Source of the DNA: Promethearchaeota archaeon
GTDB taxonomy: Archaea; Asgardarchaeota; Lokiarchaeia; Sigyniarchaeales; SOKP01
Reading direction: 5' to 3'
DNA: 64,000 nt
Assembly: GCA_019057865.1 (NCBI GenBank)
Contig: JAHLWP010000003.1
Coordinates: forward strand, 32,001 to 96,000
Both the position numbers and the translations under genes were made by a program. Under the pieces are notes generated by a model. That model had not been told where the DNA came from and made no database searches. It saw nothing but the letters and a program-made list of their open reading frames with translations. Positions 1 through 10,589 of this stretch are shown here, piece after piece. Position 1 is the stretch's first letter, and each line of letters starts with the position of its first letter.

Positions 1-4
1 AGAA

Positions 5-919
5 ATGGAAACACTGACTTCCCTATATTTATCGACTCAAAATTATGATCAGATAAAAGAATTACCAGAGAGTCAACCATCGAGTCAAACTCTTATTCAC
101 ATTTTTGGGATAGAAGTAAATGAACCTTTAATGAGTATTGTCGACTACTTTATTAATTGTGCGATTCCGAAAGTTAAACCAGTGGTAATGTACGAAAGGG
201 ACCACCATGATAGGTATAGAATGGGTAATATTGAAGCTTATACTAAAACACGTGTTTGTCTTTATCTTGCTTTACATAGATTAAAATTAAAGTTCTTAAT
301 CTTAAAGAATTTCTTGGATAGATTTAAAAAAAACGAATATGAACTTGATTTTTATCAATCTCATAATTTAAGTGCGAATCAAACCTTACTCTCTACATTG
401 TATAAATTCTATCATGATAAAAATAAGATGAATCTAATATTAATACTTCCAAAAAAGAAAATCTCAGAAAGGGTTAGTAAGCTAATAGATACTCAAGACT
501 CTATTACTACAGATAAAATAATAAATATGGTTGCTACTCGTTTATTTACAGATGAAAAAAATCAAATAAAATTTATTATGAGGGAAATAAAAGCATCTCT
601 GTTTGTTTGTAAACTAATTTTTGCTACAATGGATGTTAAGAATCCATTTTTACGAGCACAAGATACAATGATTAGTCCGGAAGAAACGATGATTAGTAAT
701 GATTTTATTCCAGAGCTAATTCCCGCGATGTCAAAATGCTTCTCTGATAATAATTATGTCCAATTGGAGGAATGCATAAATGCTTTTGATTTTTTAATGA
801 ATAAAGTATTAGATGGAATCAACTATGCTTATGAAGTCGCTTCTGGAGGTATTATAAAGTTAGAATTAGACGAAACACTATATAATACAGGAAATATTTT
901 TACGGAATTAGCATCATAA
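5..919 (+). CDS. hypothetical protein (possibly 5'-truncated by the window edge)
   Basis: 304-aa ORF; the frame is open to the window start; no recognisable motif. Confidence 0.6.
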   Translation: METLTSLYLSTQNYDQIKELPESQPSSQTLIHIFGIEVNEPLMSIVDYFINCAIPKVKPVVMYERDHHDRYRMGNIEAYTKTRVCLYLALHRLKLKFLILKNFLDRFKKNEYELDFYQSHNLSANQTLLSTLYKFYHDKNKMNLILILPKKKISERVSKLIDTQDSITTDKIINMVATRLFTDEKNQIKFIMREIKASLFVCKLIFATMDVKNPFLRAQDTMISPEETMISNDFIPELIPAMSKCFSDNNYVQLEECINAFDFLMNKVLDGINYAYEVASGGIIKLELDETLYNTGNIFTELAS

Positions 920-996
920 TTAAAATTATATGAATAACTTTGCTTCTGAATTAACAAATGAAAAATAAAAAAATAAGGAATTAATTTTTAATAGCT

Positions 997-1491
997 TTAT
1001 TTATCTGGTGCTTTTTTCCCTAACCATTTCTCATAGAATGCATCAATATCAGGTAAAAAATTAAAAATCGTTGGATAACCAGGTGGGACAGCTTCTGTGT
1101 CTAATAAAGTAAAACAACCAGGACAATAATATTCCCTTAATTCTTCCCATTCAGGATCAGACCCCATATATTTTGGATATAGTTCTCCGATTTCTTCAAT
1201 TGTATCTCTAACTCTTACTCGACATTTTGTTTTCCAATTTTCTTGGTAATCTCCAAACTCATGACCACAGTCACATTTAACAATTCTCTGACCATCTTTA
1301 GAAACTATATATAGATGTTCATGAAGTGGTAATATTATTCTTTCTTTCCAAGGAACACGTTTTTGTAATATTTCAAGAATCATATTAAATCGGTTTGGAT
1401 CTTTTCTTCCACTAATTATTGGTTTTAATTCTTCCCATGACAAATCTCCATCTATCATTCTTTCTAACGTTTTTTTATCATATTTTTCCAT
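997..1491 (-). CDS. acxC: acetone carboxylase gamma subunit
   Basis: LPLHEHLYIV, KCDCGHEFGDYQENWK and REYYCPGC zinc motifs typical of AcxC; abuts acxB. Confidence 0.9.
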   Translation of the reverse strand: MEKYDKKTLERMIDGDLSWEELKPIISGRKDPNRFNMILEILQKRVPWKERIILPLHEHLYIVSKDGQRIVKCDCGHEFGDYQENWKTKCRVRVRDTIEEIGELYPKYMGSDPEWEELREYYCPGCFTLLDTEAVPPGYPTIFNFLPDIDAFYEKWLGKKAPDK

Positions 1492-3708
1492 TTATTTCAC
1501 CTCAATCTGAAAATCTTCAGGTAATTTCCAAAATTCTTTGAAGAATTTAGACCACATTTTTGATAAATTAAGACTCTCAGTATACATAAGTCTTACAGGA
1601 TCATTCAATTTATTTTCTGTTATTTTTTTTCTCTCTTTTTCCCAAAATTCTTCAAATGTCATCGATTTTTCAATTCTTTCATTTTTAATTTCTTTTCTCC
1701 GATTTTCTGTAGCTTTTTCGTCAATAATCCATTCTCTTTCTTTATCATTGAATTTAGCGACCACACCATATACATTATTTACTATATTTTCAGTATAAAA
1801 ACCATCATCGAGATCCTGCTTAATTTGCTCAATTTTTCGTTCTAGCGGATCCCCATATCCAGGACCACCACTCATAAAGTAATAGATAAGATCGTAATTC
1901 TCTAAGGTGATAGGATAGATACTGCAGTAAGGCTTTCTGGTTATATCAGCTCTCAATAATCTTTCAAATTCACCATTACTAGGATCTGGATCTCCAAGTG
2001 GATAATCTTCTCTATTCCGAATTATTTCTTCTAAATTTGTGTTTTTTGCATAAAGACGATAACCTGTTGCATTGGGATAGCCTCCATGCATTCCACCAGC
2101 TCCATGAAAAACCATACCTTCTCTAGCTCCGAAGAAGTCCACTTCTTTTGAATAAGCAACCAATGCTACTCCTTCATAATTTGCTCCTCCCCGAAATTTA
2201 CCATGTCCTGATAAATTAGGCTTTATTCTCCTTGATAAGTAAGGTACACCTCCTTGAAATAATTCCCATGTTTCCACATCACCAAGATCTGATTCGGGAT
2301 TCCACATTGCATAACCCCAATTTAATCCATCTCTCACGGCGCTTGCTCCTAAACCTTGACCACTAATTTCGAATGTTGATAATGACCAGCGTTGTCCTAT
2401 AAGGGGACCATCAGAATAAACACCTCCACCTTGAATTGCATCTCCTGTAAAAGAATATCCTGAAACAACTTCTTCTCTATATCCTCGAGAAAATAAACCA
2501 TATGATAAGCATTTCATCATTCCTGTGTAAGCAGGTATTAAATTTCCCCAAGGAGCTTGGTAAGAAAGATAAATATCACCTGGGTTACACCATGATCCCA
2601 AAGGATAATTTTTTTCTACCGCAAAATATGCACCATCATTTACCTTATCTGCGTAAATTAAGATTTGTGTTAACAGAACCCATTGTCCCCCTTCCATTGC
2701 ACCCTTTTCTGCATTCATACAATTTGGACCAGGTCCGCTTGCTCCCTCAAATGAAAGGGACATTTTTCCATCTTCTTTAATAATAATCTCTAATGGTTGA
2801 TTAGAAATTTTATCTAATCTAGCCCTTGGTTGCCATGCCTCGTTTTTTTGTGGCATGTCCATGAAAGCTGCTGCTCTGTATCTTCCTGGTATTAAGCGTT
2901 CTTTTATTCTTTCTAGGAAAACTCTTCTCCCTTCTTCTATTGCTTCTCTTATGAAACGTTTATAGTAGTCGATTCCCTCTTTCTTTATAAATTCTAAGAC
3001 AGCATCTCTAATCATTAAGTCCCCTGCTAATCTACACTTTTCATCTAACTCCCAATACATTGGAGTTCTCACGGATCTTTTAGCACTTATCAAATGATCT
3101 TTCCAAATCCTGTCATTTGAACCAATCTTTCTACAAGTATAATAAACTCCATCATCAAAACGTTGCATCGCAGGAACTAAATCATGACCAGGAGTTATTC
3201 CTCCAGTATCAATCTGATGAGTTACCCCCCCAGCCCAACCTACTAATTCTTCGTTCCAAAATATTGGTATTAATGTTTGAACATCTGTTGTATGAACATT
3301 TCCGCAAGCTGGGTCGTTATTAAGAAAAATATCTCCAATATTTATTCCTGGATCATCTTCATAATCTTGTCTTATCATAAATTTCACTGCTTCACTCATG
3401 GTATGAACATGAACTAATATACCTGTTGATACAACAATAGAGTCTCCTTCAGGAGTATACAAAGCAAAACATAATTCTCCAATTTCTTTAACAATTGGCG
3501 AAGCTGCTACATGTAACGCAGTTTCTCTGGCTGATACTAGTGCACCTCTCAGGGAAGCATAATTACGTTCAAATCTAAAAGGATCTTCTTCTTTTAGTGT
3601 AAGTTTAGTTATCCCATAATAGTATCCTGTTTCTTTAAAAAGTTTTTCACTTTCTTCCAAGATTACGTTTAATGTTTTTCCATCCCAACCTAATGGTTTT
3701 TTAGACAT
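1492..3708 (-). CDS. acxB: acetone carboxylase alpha subunit (hydantoinase B/oxoprolinase family)
   Basis: ASPIVKEIGELCFALY, HVHTM, metal-binding HTTD...THQID, GGPGYGDPLER; in an operon with acxA and acxC. Confidence 0.88.
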   Translation of the reverse strand: MSKKPLGWDGKTLNVILEESEKLFKETGYYYGITKLTLKEEDPFRFERNYASLRGALVSARETALHVAASPIVKEIGELCFALYTPEGDSIVVSTGILVHVHTMSEAVKFMIRQDYEDDPGINIGDIFLNNDPACGNVHTTDVQTLIPIFWNEELVGWAGGVTHQIDTGGITPGHDLVPAMQRFDDGVYYTCRKIGSNDRIWKDHLISAKRSVRTPMYWELDEKCRLAGDLMIRDAVLEFIKKEGIDYYKRFIREAIEEGRRVFLERIKERLIPGRYRAAAFMDMPQKNEAWQPRARLDKISNQPLEIIIKEDGKMSLSFEGASGPGPNCMNAEKGAMEGGQWVLLTQILIYADKVNDGAYFAVEKNYPLGSWCNPGDIYLSYQAPWGNLIPAYTGMMKCLSYGLFSRGYREEVVSGYSFTGDAIQGGGVYSDGPLIGQRWSLSTFEISGQGLGASAVRDGLNWGYAMWNPESDLGDVETWELFQGGVPYLSRRIKPNLSGHGKFRGGANYEGVALVAYSKEVDFFGAREGMVFHGAGGMHGGYPNATGYRLYAKNTNLEEIIRNREDYPLGDPDPSNGEFERLLRADITRKPYCSIYPITLENYDLIYYFMSGGPGYGDPLERKIEQIKQDLDDGFYTENIVNNVYGVVAKFNDKEREWIIDEKATENRRKEIKNERIEKSMTFEEFWEKERKKITENKLNDPVRLMYTESLNLSKMWSKFFKEFWKLPEDFQIEVK

Positions 3709-3709
3709 T

Positions 3710-5878
3710 TTACTTCACCTCCATATGAAAAATTCTATGTTTATCGAGTTTTACTTGAAACCCTGGAGGAACTATAAGAGTTGTCGCTGGAGCTTCGATA
3801 ATAGCAGGACCACCAATGATGTTACCAGCATCAAGTTGTCCCATTTCCCAGATTAAAGCTTCATGCCATTTCTTCGCCCAATACATATCTCTTATACCCT
3901 TTGAGGACTTATCTTCAGGTTTTTCTCTACTCAGTTCATGTTCTGGTAATTTAGGTTTTGGTACTGGTACTATTCCAGTTCCTATTGCTTTAGTTATATG
4001 GTATCCAAGTTCAGGACTCTTTGTACCCCTACGGAAAATCTCTTCAAAAAGTTCGTCATAATTTAGCATGATTTCTCCTAATTCTTTTGAATCATACCTT
4101 TGTAAATCGGGTGAATAATCTAGAGTTAGCTCAGCTACTGGAGATTGAACCTCTAAGTCATCAAACATGCCAAAATATTGTATTCGTAAAGATGGTTTAA
4201 AAATCATTTCATTGGGATCTCTCCCTTCAGCTTCAAATTCTTTAATAATGTTATTCTTTAATTCTGTCCAAGTGGAATTGAGTATTGAAGATACAAATGC
4301 TATCATACTTCCATCGGGTGGAATAACTAGATCAACAGATTTTTCATGTCTATAGGAGTGATCCGCACAAGCACAACCGAAAGCAGAAAAAGCAGGTGCC
4401 CATTCTGGTATAAGAATATCTTGGAAATTTAACTCCCTTGAATATCCAGCAACATGTAAAGGTCCTCCACCTCCAAATGATATTAATGTATAATTCTCAG
4501 GTCTATAACCTAATCCTTGGATCATACCATTAAGATGATTTTTCATATTGATTTCAATTAGATCTAAAGCACCTCTAGCTGTATCATAAGGATCAGCATT
4601 TAATGGTTCAGCAAGCTGTTCTTTAATAAATTTATATGCTCTATCCTTATTTAATAGAATTTTTCCTCCAAGAAAATATTCTGGATTAAGATAACCTAAT
4701 ATTAGACTGCAATCTGTCATTGTAATTGTTTCCACTCCTGATTGTTCATTACAAACTCCTATTTTATAACCAGCACTTTCAGGACCAAATTCCATTCTAC
4801 CTGAAATATCGTTATATCTAACATACATACCAGTCCCAGCTCCTATAGAATCTAAAGCAAGCATGGGAATGTTTAAAATAAACCTTCCAATTGAACTTTC
4901 CCATTTTGTTGGTACATATCTTTCCATAACTAATCCAACATCGAATGAAGTCCCTCCTACATCAGAAGAAACTAAATTTTTTATTCCATATCTTTCAGCG
5001 ATAAATTTTGTCCCTATGAAACCACCAATTGGTCCTGATACCATAGTAGGTATTAGTGTTTTATGATACGGAGATATTGTTCCACCATATGTAGTTAAAA
5101 TTCTAAGAGGAGCAGGAATCCCCTTTTTTTTTAATCTTTCAGCAATGCCTATTAATTGTTTCCTTGAAGGCTCAGCTGCATATTGTTCAATAATGAGAGC
5201 ATTTAATCTTGGTGTTTCTCCCCTTACAGGATTGTGTTCACTTGATAAAATAATAGGAATTTCTTTATTTTTTTCTTTCATTACTTGTTCTGCTATCATT
5301 TTAACCTGCAATTCATGGCTATTATTCATGTATGAACAAAGAAGGCATACACAAATGCTCTCAACATTCATATCAAGTAATTCTTCTACAACCTTTCTAG
5401 CATCTTGTTTATAGAATGGGATTAACTCATCTCCCCAAAAATTAATTCTGCCACGAACACCTTTTATTTGTTTTCTGGGTACTAATGGTTTTGGGTGTTC
5501 ATGTTCTCTTGCATGTAAACGACCTCCATAATCAAGCCAAATCCAGCATTGCAAAGCTCGACCAAGTCTATGTAAATCTTCAAATCCTGCGTTTACAATT
5601 ACTCCTATATTGCTGTTGCCTTGCCGTTCTAAAAGCCTATTTACCATAGCAGTACCAGAATAAACTAATGCCTCTATTGAATGACCTGATTCTTCTATTT
5701 TTGTATTCCATTGCTCTAAAGCATCACTAATAGAGTTTAAAATCCCCTCAGATTCATTTTCAGGAGTTGTTTGTGCTTTTCCTACTACAAAAAATCCTTG
5801 TTCATCTATTATAAAAGCATCTGACATTGTACCTCCAGTATCGAAGGCCATAGCGATAAGACTTTTTGTTTTTGACAT
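3710..5878 (-). CDS. acxA: acetone carboxylase beta subunit (hydantoinase A family, ATP-binding)
   Basis: DTGGTMSD, SGPIGG, DVGGTSFD, FGGGGPLH, GPAIIE motifs. Confidence 0.88.
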   Translation of the reverse strand: MSKTKSLIAMAFDTGGTMSDAFIIDEQGFFVVGKAQTTPENESEGILNSISDALEQWNTKIEESGHSIEALVYSGTAMVNRLLERQGNSNIGVIVNAGFEDLHRLGRALQCWIWLDYGGRLHAREHEHPKPLVPRKQIKGVRGRINFWGDELIPFYKQDARKVVEELLDMNVESICVCLLCSYMNNSHELQVKMIAEQVMKEKNKEIPIILSSEHNPVRGETPRLNALIIEQYAAEPSRKQLIGIAERLKKKGIPAPLRILTTYGGTISPYHKTLIPTMVSGPIGGFIGTKFIAERYGIKNLVSSDVGGTSFDVGLVMERYVPTKWESSIGRFILNIPMLALDSIGAGTGMYVRYNDISGRMEFGPESAGYKIGVCNEQSGVETITMTDCSLILGYLNPEYFLGGKILLNKDRAYKFIKEQLAEPLNADPYDTARGALDLIEINMKNHLNGMIQGLGYRPENYTLISFGGGGPLHVAGYSRELNFQDILIPEWAPAFSAFGCACADHSYRHEKSVDLVIPPDGSMIAFVSSILNSTWTELKNNIIKEFEAEGRDPNEMIFKPSLRIQYFGMFDDLEVQSPVAELTLDYSPDLQRYDSKELGEIMLNYDELFEEIFRRGTKSPELGYHITKAIGTGIVPVPKPKLPEHELSREKPEDKSSKGIRDMYWAKKWHEALIWEMGQLDAGNIIGGPAIIEAPATTLIVPPGFQVKLDKHRIFHMEVK

Positions 5879-6091
5879 AATTTTAACCTTCTTTTATATT
5901 TTTATTTAAGATGTGTTAATAAATCTATTTTCTTTAAGAATTAATAAAACTTTTTACAATGAATATTGATTTTTTTCATTATTTTCAAGAGGTTTTTTAG
6001 AAATTTGGAACATTACTTTCTACATCTATTATAAAATCAAATTTGGAATTTAATTGATACAATTTAAATTTTAAGGAAAAATCTTTAATGT

Positions 6092-7201
6092 ATGATAAAT
6101 CAATTTTATGAAAAATTAGCGAAAATTGTAGTTGAATACTCACTTGAAATTCAAGAAGGGCATAGGGTTCTTATCAAGGGTCCAGAGGTTGCAAGGGAAT
6201 TATTCCAAGCATTATATGCTGAACTTATCAAAATTGGAGCTTACCCAATGCTTATAGTTGATCTGGAAGGAATAGATGAAATATTTTATAAGTATGCATC
6301 TAAAAAGCAATTGGAGTATGTAGATAATACTTTTAAACAGGCACTTAAAGAATTTGATCGAATGATACAAATAAAAGCAGATTATAATACACATAAATTT
6401 TCCATGGTTGATCCTAAAATATTAGCAACACATAGAGGTTCTCCGGCACAAAAAGAATTATATTTAATATCGCAAGAAAGAGAAGCTAAAGGAGAATTTA
6501 ACTGGAATATATCTCCCTTTCCTTGCCAAGCGTTAGCACAAGAAGCAAATATGGATATATTCACTTATACAGATTTTGTCAGAAAAGCATTGTATTTAGA
6601 TAAAGATGACCCTGTTGGAGAATGGAAAAAATTAAAAGAAGAACAAGAACACTTAGTTAATATTTTAAATCAAACAAAAAAAATAGAGGTAATTGGAGAA
6701 GATACAGATCTAAAATTTTCAGTAGAAGGAAGGAATTGGGTTAATTGTTGGGGTGATCACAATTTACCTGATGGTGAAGTATTTACTGGTCCAGTCGAGG
6801 ATTCAGTTAATGGGCATATTAGATTTACTTACCCAGGAATATATATAGGAAGAGATATTGAAAATATATTTTTAGAATTTAAAGAAGGAAAAGTAGTAAA
6901 TGCAACAGCAGATAAAGGAGAAGATTTGCTAAAGGAAATATTAAAGATTAAAAATGCCGATAAAATAGGAGAATTTGCAATTGGAAATAATTATGGTATT
7001 ACACAATTCACTAAAAATATGTTATTTGATGAAAAAATTGGAGGTACTCTACACTGTGCCCTTGGATTAGGATTTGAGGATTCTGGATCAAAAAATGTAT
7101 CTGCTATTCATTGGGATATTTTGAAAGATATGAAATTGCCAGGCTCAAAAGTTATTGCTGATGGAAAAGTCGTTTATGAAGAAGGACAATGGAAAATTTA
7201 A
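6092..7201 (+). CDS. aminopeptidase, peptidase M29 (AmpS/AmpT) family
   Basis: NLPDGEVFTGP, GEFAIG, LFDEKIGGTLHCALG, SAIHWD. Confidence 0.92.
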   Translation: MINQFYEKLAKIVVEYSLEIQEGHRVLIKGPEVARELFQALYAELIKIGAYPMLIVDLEGIDEIFYKYASKKQLEYVDNTFKQALKEFDRMIQIKADYNTHKFSMVDPKILATHRGSPAQKELYLISQEREAKGEFNWNISPFPCQALAQEANMDIFTYTDFVRKALYLDKDDPVGEWKKLKEEQEHLVNILNQTKKIEVIGEDTDLKFSVEGRNWVNCWGDHNLPDGEVFTGPVEDSVNGHIRFTYPGIYIGRDIENIFLEFKEGKVVNATADKGEDLLKEILKIKNADKIGEFAIGNNYGITQFTKNMLFDEKIGGTLHCALGLGFEDSGSKNVSAIHWDILKDMKLPGSKVIADGKVVYEEGQWKI

Positions 7202-7662
7202 AGTTGGAATTTGATTAATATTGAATAATAATTAGTTAAAACTATAAAAAGTATATGCCAAGGAAAACTTTTATATACACTTTTGTCTTATTATTTTAAT
7301 GCAGAAAAAATATCATTTCCTTTAAAAAGGGGTGATATATAGACAATCGAGTATACAATGTACTGAAAAAGTTCATAATCACATTATCTACAGAGTAAGT
7401 ACATAAAATACACGCAACTGGAAAAAATCCGTTTTTCCCTAAAAAAAAATTCTATTATCACCCCACCTTTTATTTATTTTATCTCTTAAAATATCCATTA
7501 ATAGTTTTTACATGCTCATATCTAAATTCTTAATTTTAATTGAGCTAAAGTAAATCAATACTAAAAAGGAATAAATAAAATTAAATACAAATATATTTTA
7601 TTATCTATCAAATCTAAAAATTTAAGGAAATCTAACATAAAAGTATAAAATAAAAAATAAAG

Positions 7663-8391
7663 GTGAATATTATGGCAGAGGCTAAAGATTATATTTGGTT
7701 ATTCCCATTTATAGGTGCCATCCTTACTGCAATTAGTCTTTTCACTCCTGCTGCATTTAGATCGTTCCCAATGGGAGGTTCAGCATTTGTTTGGATGAAT
7801 GGTTTTGCTGTATTAACTGGTGGACCGTCTGGCCCCGAAACTGACTTTTTTGATATAGCTGGATATTATATTCCTGGAATTATTGCTACAATTTTATTAA
7901 CAGTATGTACAATTATATTGTTTGTATCATCCCTTACTCATAGACAAAAAGAAACTCCTGGTTCATGGATTCCTTTAGGTATCCTTCTTATTGGAGGGGC
8001 AATTTATTTTATAGTAGGTGTAGAGATAGGTGTTGCAATTTATTGGTTTAACGAAATGAGTGTTTACCCATACCCATATACCCCCGAATGGATTAGTTTT
8101 TGGAACGATTATAATTATAATCCTGGTTTCGCAGTTATTGCCCCTTTTATTGGGGGTGGATTGGCGCTTTTAGGAGCAATTTTAGGTAAAACGATTGGTA
8201 GACAAGAAGGTATTGGTAAACCAAAAGCTGTTCCTCATGTAGAGAAACCAGTTCCTGTGGCAGAAACTCCTCCTCCTACTCCAACTCCCGCTACTGAAGA
8301 AGTTAAGATTGCTCGCTTTTGTCCCGAATGTGGTACAAAAATTGATAAAGCAGATGCCACGTTTTGTACTGTCTGTGGCCACAAATTTTAA
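7663..8391 (+). CDS. four-TM membrane protein with Pro-rich linker and C-terminal zinc ribbon
   Basis: hydrophobic segments, PPPTPTP linker, FCPECG...FCTVCG; likely start is the ATG at 7672 after AGGTGA. Confidence 0.8.
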   Translation: MNIMAEAKDYIWLFPFIGAILTAISLFTPAAFRSFPMGGSAFVWMNGFAVLTGGPSGPETDFFDIAGYYIPGIIATILLTVCTIILFVSSLTHRQKETPGSWIPLGILLIGGAIYFIVGVEIGVAIYWFNEMSVYPYPYTPEWISFWNDYNYNPGFAVIAPFIGGGLALLGAILGKTIGRQEGIGKPKAVPHVEKPVPVAETPPPTPTPATEEVKIARFCPECGTKIDKADATFCTVCGHKF

Positions 8392-8704
8392 TCTTCATAT
8401 TTCTTTTTATTTTATTTAGTTTCAAATCATTTATTTTTCTATTTTTAGTAGTTAAATATCTTAGTTAGAAATGATTTTATTGTTTTTTCCAAAAATTATG
8501 TATAAAGAAAGTAAATTCTGTTCTAGCTGCGGTTTTGAATTAATTAACTAAAAGATAGAAGAATATAATTTATTTAATAATCTTTTTTTCATCTTCTTAT
8601 TATTTCCTTATAAGTTTAAAATATGACACGAATATATCTTAATCAAATTTCTACTTGTGCTAGTTAATCTAATTAATTTAAATCATTTTGTAAATCTTAA
8701 TTAT

Positions 8705-8975
8705 TTAAGTGACTCAAATAGGAAATAATGATCGTTTTTAGTGATCCTTATTATCAATTTTTGATAGTTACCCAAATCCATCATCTTTTTTTGATTAATA
8801 ACCATTATAATGATCATATTTCGCGATCATTATAACTAATACTTGACAATTATTAAAATCCTACATTTTCTCCTTTATGATTTTCAGCAATATATGACTC
8901 ATAATGTACATATTCCGTCGATTCCCACAGATAGTCCGTCGAAAAATGATCATAAAAATGATCATATTTAAATAT
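8705..8975. promoter_or_regulatory. multi-operator regulatory region upstream of the 87-aa ORF
   Basis: perfect 11-bp inverted repeat 8805-8835, tandem AAAAATGATCAT x2 at 8942-8965, TCCGTCGA x2, TGACTCA x2, TATA-like TTTAAATA at 8967. Confidence 0.5.
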
Positions 8976-9011
8976 GCATGTTAACTATCATTAATTGAGG
9001 TAATACAAAAA

Positions 9012-9275
9012 ATGGAAAATATGAATTTTGTAGTAAAACTGCAGACCAAAGCGGACGAAAATTTCGAAAATATAAAGGAATCCATTAAGGGATTATACCA
9101 AATCCTAAAAATATCATGTGATGATGATACTTTTTGTAAAATTGGGTTGGATAATCTTGAGGCTCTATATAGAAACTTACTAGAGCTATTGCTTAATGAT
9201 TATGGCGCAAGACAGCTAATGAAAAAGCTGAAAAATTCTGATGAAGAATTTTTGACTATCGAACTTGAAGAATAA
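9012..9275 (+). CDS. small helical hypothetical protein
   Basis: 87-aa ORF with GAGGT Shine-Dalgarno and an upstream TATA-like box. Confidence 0.75.
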   Translation: MENMNFVVKLQTKADENFENIKESIKGLYQILKISCDDDTFCKIGLDNLEALYRNLLELLLNDYGARQLMKKLKNSDEEFLTIELEE

Positions 9276-9324
9276 TTAAATAAATTTTCTCCTTTTATCC
9301 TTTTTTAAACTAAGTCCAAATAAA

Positions 9325-9950
9325 TTATTTAAGTATTTTACCTGTTTCTAAATACCACAGAAATAAATCTAATTCAGCTAAATTTAAGTTTAATTCTTTT
9401 GCTATTCTTTTTAATAGATTTTCAATATCAAGATATATTTTTTTAGTTAATACTTTTGGTTTTTCAATTAATTCGTATTGGACTAAGAGATCTAAAATAT
9501 GGAAATCTACAATTGCTAGATTTTTATAGCCTATATTTCTAAGAAAATGACTTCCTTCTTTATATCCAATTCCTTTTATATTTTTAACGAGCCATTCTCT
9601 TAGTTCAATCTCATCATTATTTAATCTAATTATCTTATTTAGGTTCTTCATTTTCTTTCTGGCTTCTACAATAAATCTGGAGCGCACATTTGGAAATCTA
9701 TACCCTAAATCTTTAAATCTCTCTGTTAATTGGGTTGAGAAAGATTTAAGAATTCTTTATTAATTTTTTCATGAATTTCAATGCATTTTTCAGCTCCACA
9801 ATTCGCAGTCATTATACAGAAACATAATTCTTTAAAAATATCATTAATAGAACCATGTTTGATATCACTGAATTCATTTATACGCGTTTTTATTAATGTT
9901 TCTAATTCACTCTTTTTTAATTGTTCTACAGTTTCCAGTAAGGTTTCCAT
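9325..9950 (-). pseudogene. ogg: 8-oxoguanine DNA glycosylase/AP lyase (archaeal Ogg), split by a 1-nt frameshift near 9730
   Basis: ELCFCIMTAN in the upstream ORF; LGYRFPNVR, IKGIGYKEGSHFLRNIG, AIVDFHI and LDLFLWY in the shifted frame. Confidence 0.85.
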
Positions 9951-10274
9951 TTTTTCTTAGTAATTAACCATACTATAAAATTCAAATTATTTAATCATAT
10001 AAGTTAATTAAGTCGTTTTTTATTGTTTCTCTTCCTAATTATCGTATATATATGATATCTACGTATCATAATAGAAAATAAAATAGGCAAGAAATTTAAT
10101 AACTAAAAAATAGAAAATTTTTACACACAAATATTAATTTAGTTAAATGATATATTAAATCCGCGAAAAAAGAAAAATGTGCGGAATGATATAACATAAA
10201 AGAATAAAAAAATATCAATTTAAAAATAATTTCTAAGTTTAAATAATTAGCTAAGAACGTGTAAGTAGACAAAG

Positions 10275-10589
10275 ATGAGTTTAATTAATAACGACATAGA
10301 TTTCGAGTTAAACTATTATACAAAAATAATTAACTACATTCAAAAAGGAAATTTTGAATATAGAAAAGCAGAAATTTGGAGAAGTAAGGCTCTGATTGAA
10401 TTAATGGAATTTTTTAAACGTACAAGGAATAGAACTTTAGTCACAAATGCACTTCTTTTGTTGATATCCTTGTTTGAAGATATTCCGCCTGACACTTATA
10501 ATAATCTTGGTGAAGACGCTAATCACATATCTAAAGAAGAAAGAAAGATTTTAATTGAGGATTTAAAAAATGAATTTTTACCAAACTAA
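10275..10589 (+). CDS. hypothetical protein
   Basis: 104-aa ORF in otherwise non-coding AT-rich sequence. Confidence 0.7.
   Translation: MSLINNDIDFELNYYTKIINYIQKGNFEYRKAEIWRSKALIELMEFFKRTRNRTLVTNALLLLISLFEDIPPDTYNNLGEDANHISKEERKILIEDLKNEFLPN

Noticed and set aside
1538-5414. Several 60-92 aa plus-strand ORFs inside acxA/acxB, and similar short ORFs within other genes across the window
   Set aside because: They are antisense or alternate-frame shadows of well-supported genes and have no motifs
8400-9000. Replication origin or CRISPR array
   Set aside because: There are no ORB-like G-string repeats, no cdc6/orc1 gene, and no regularly spaced repeat-spacer units
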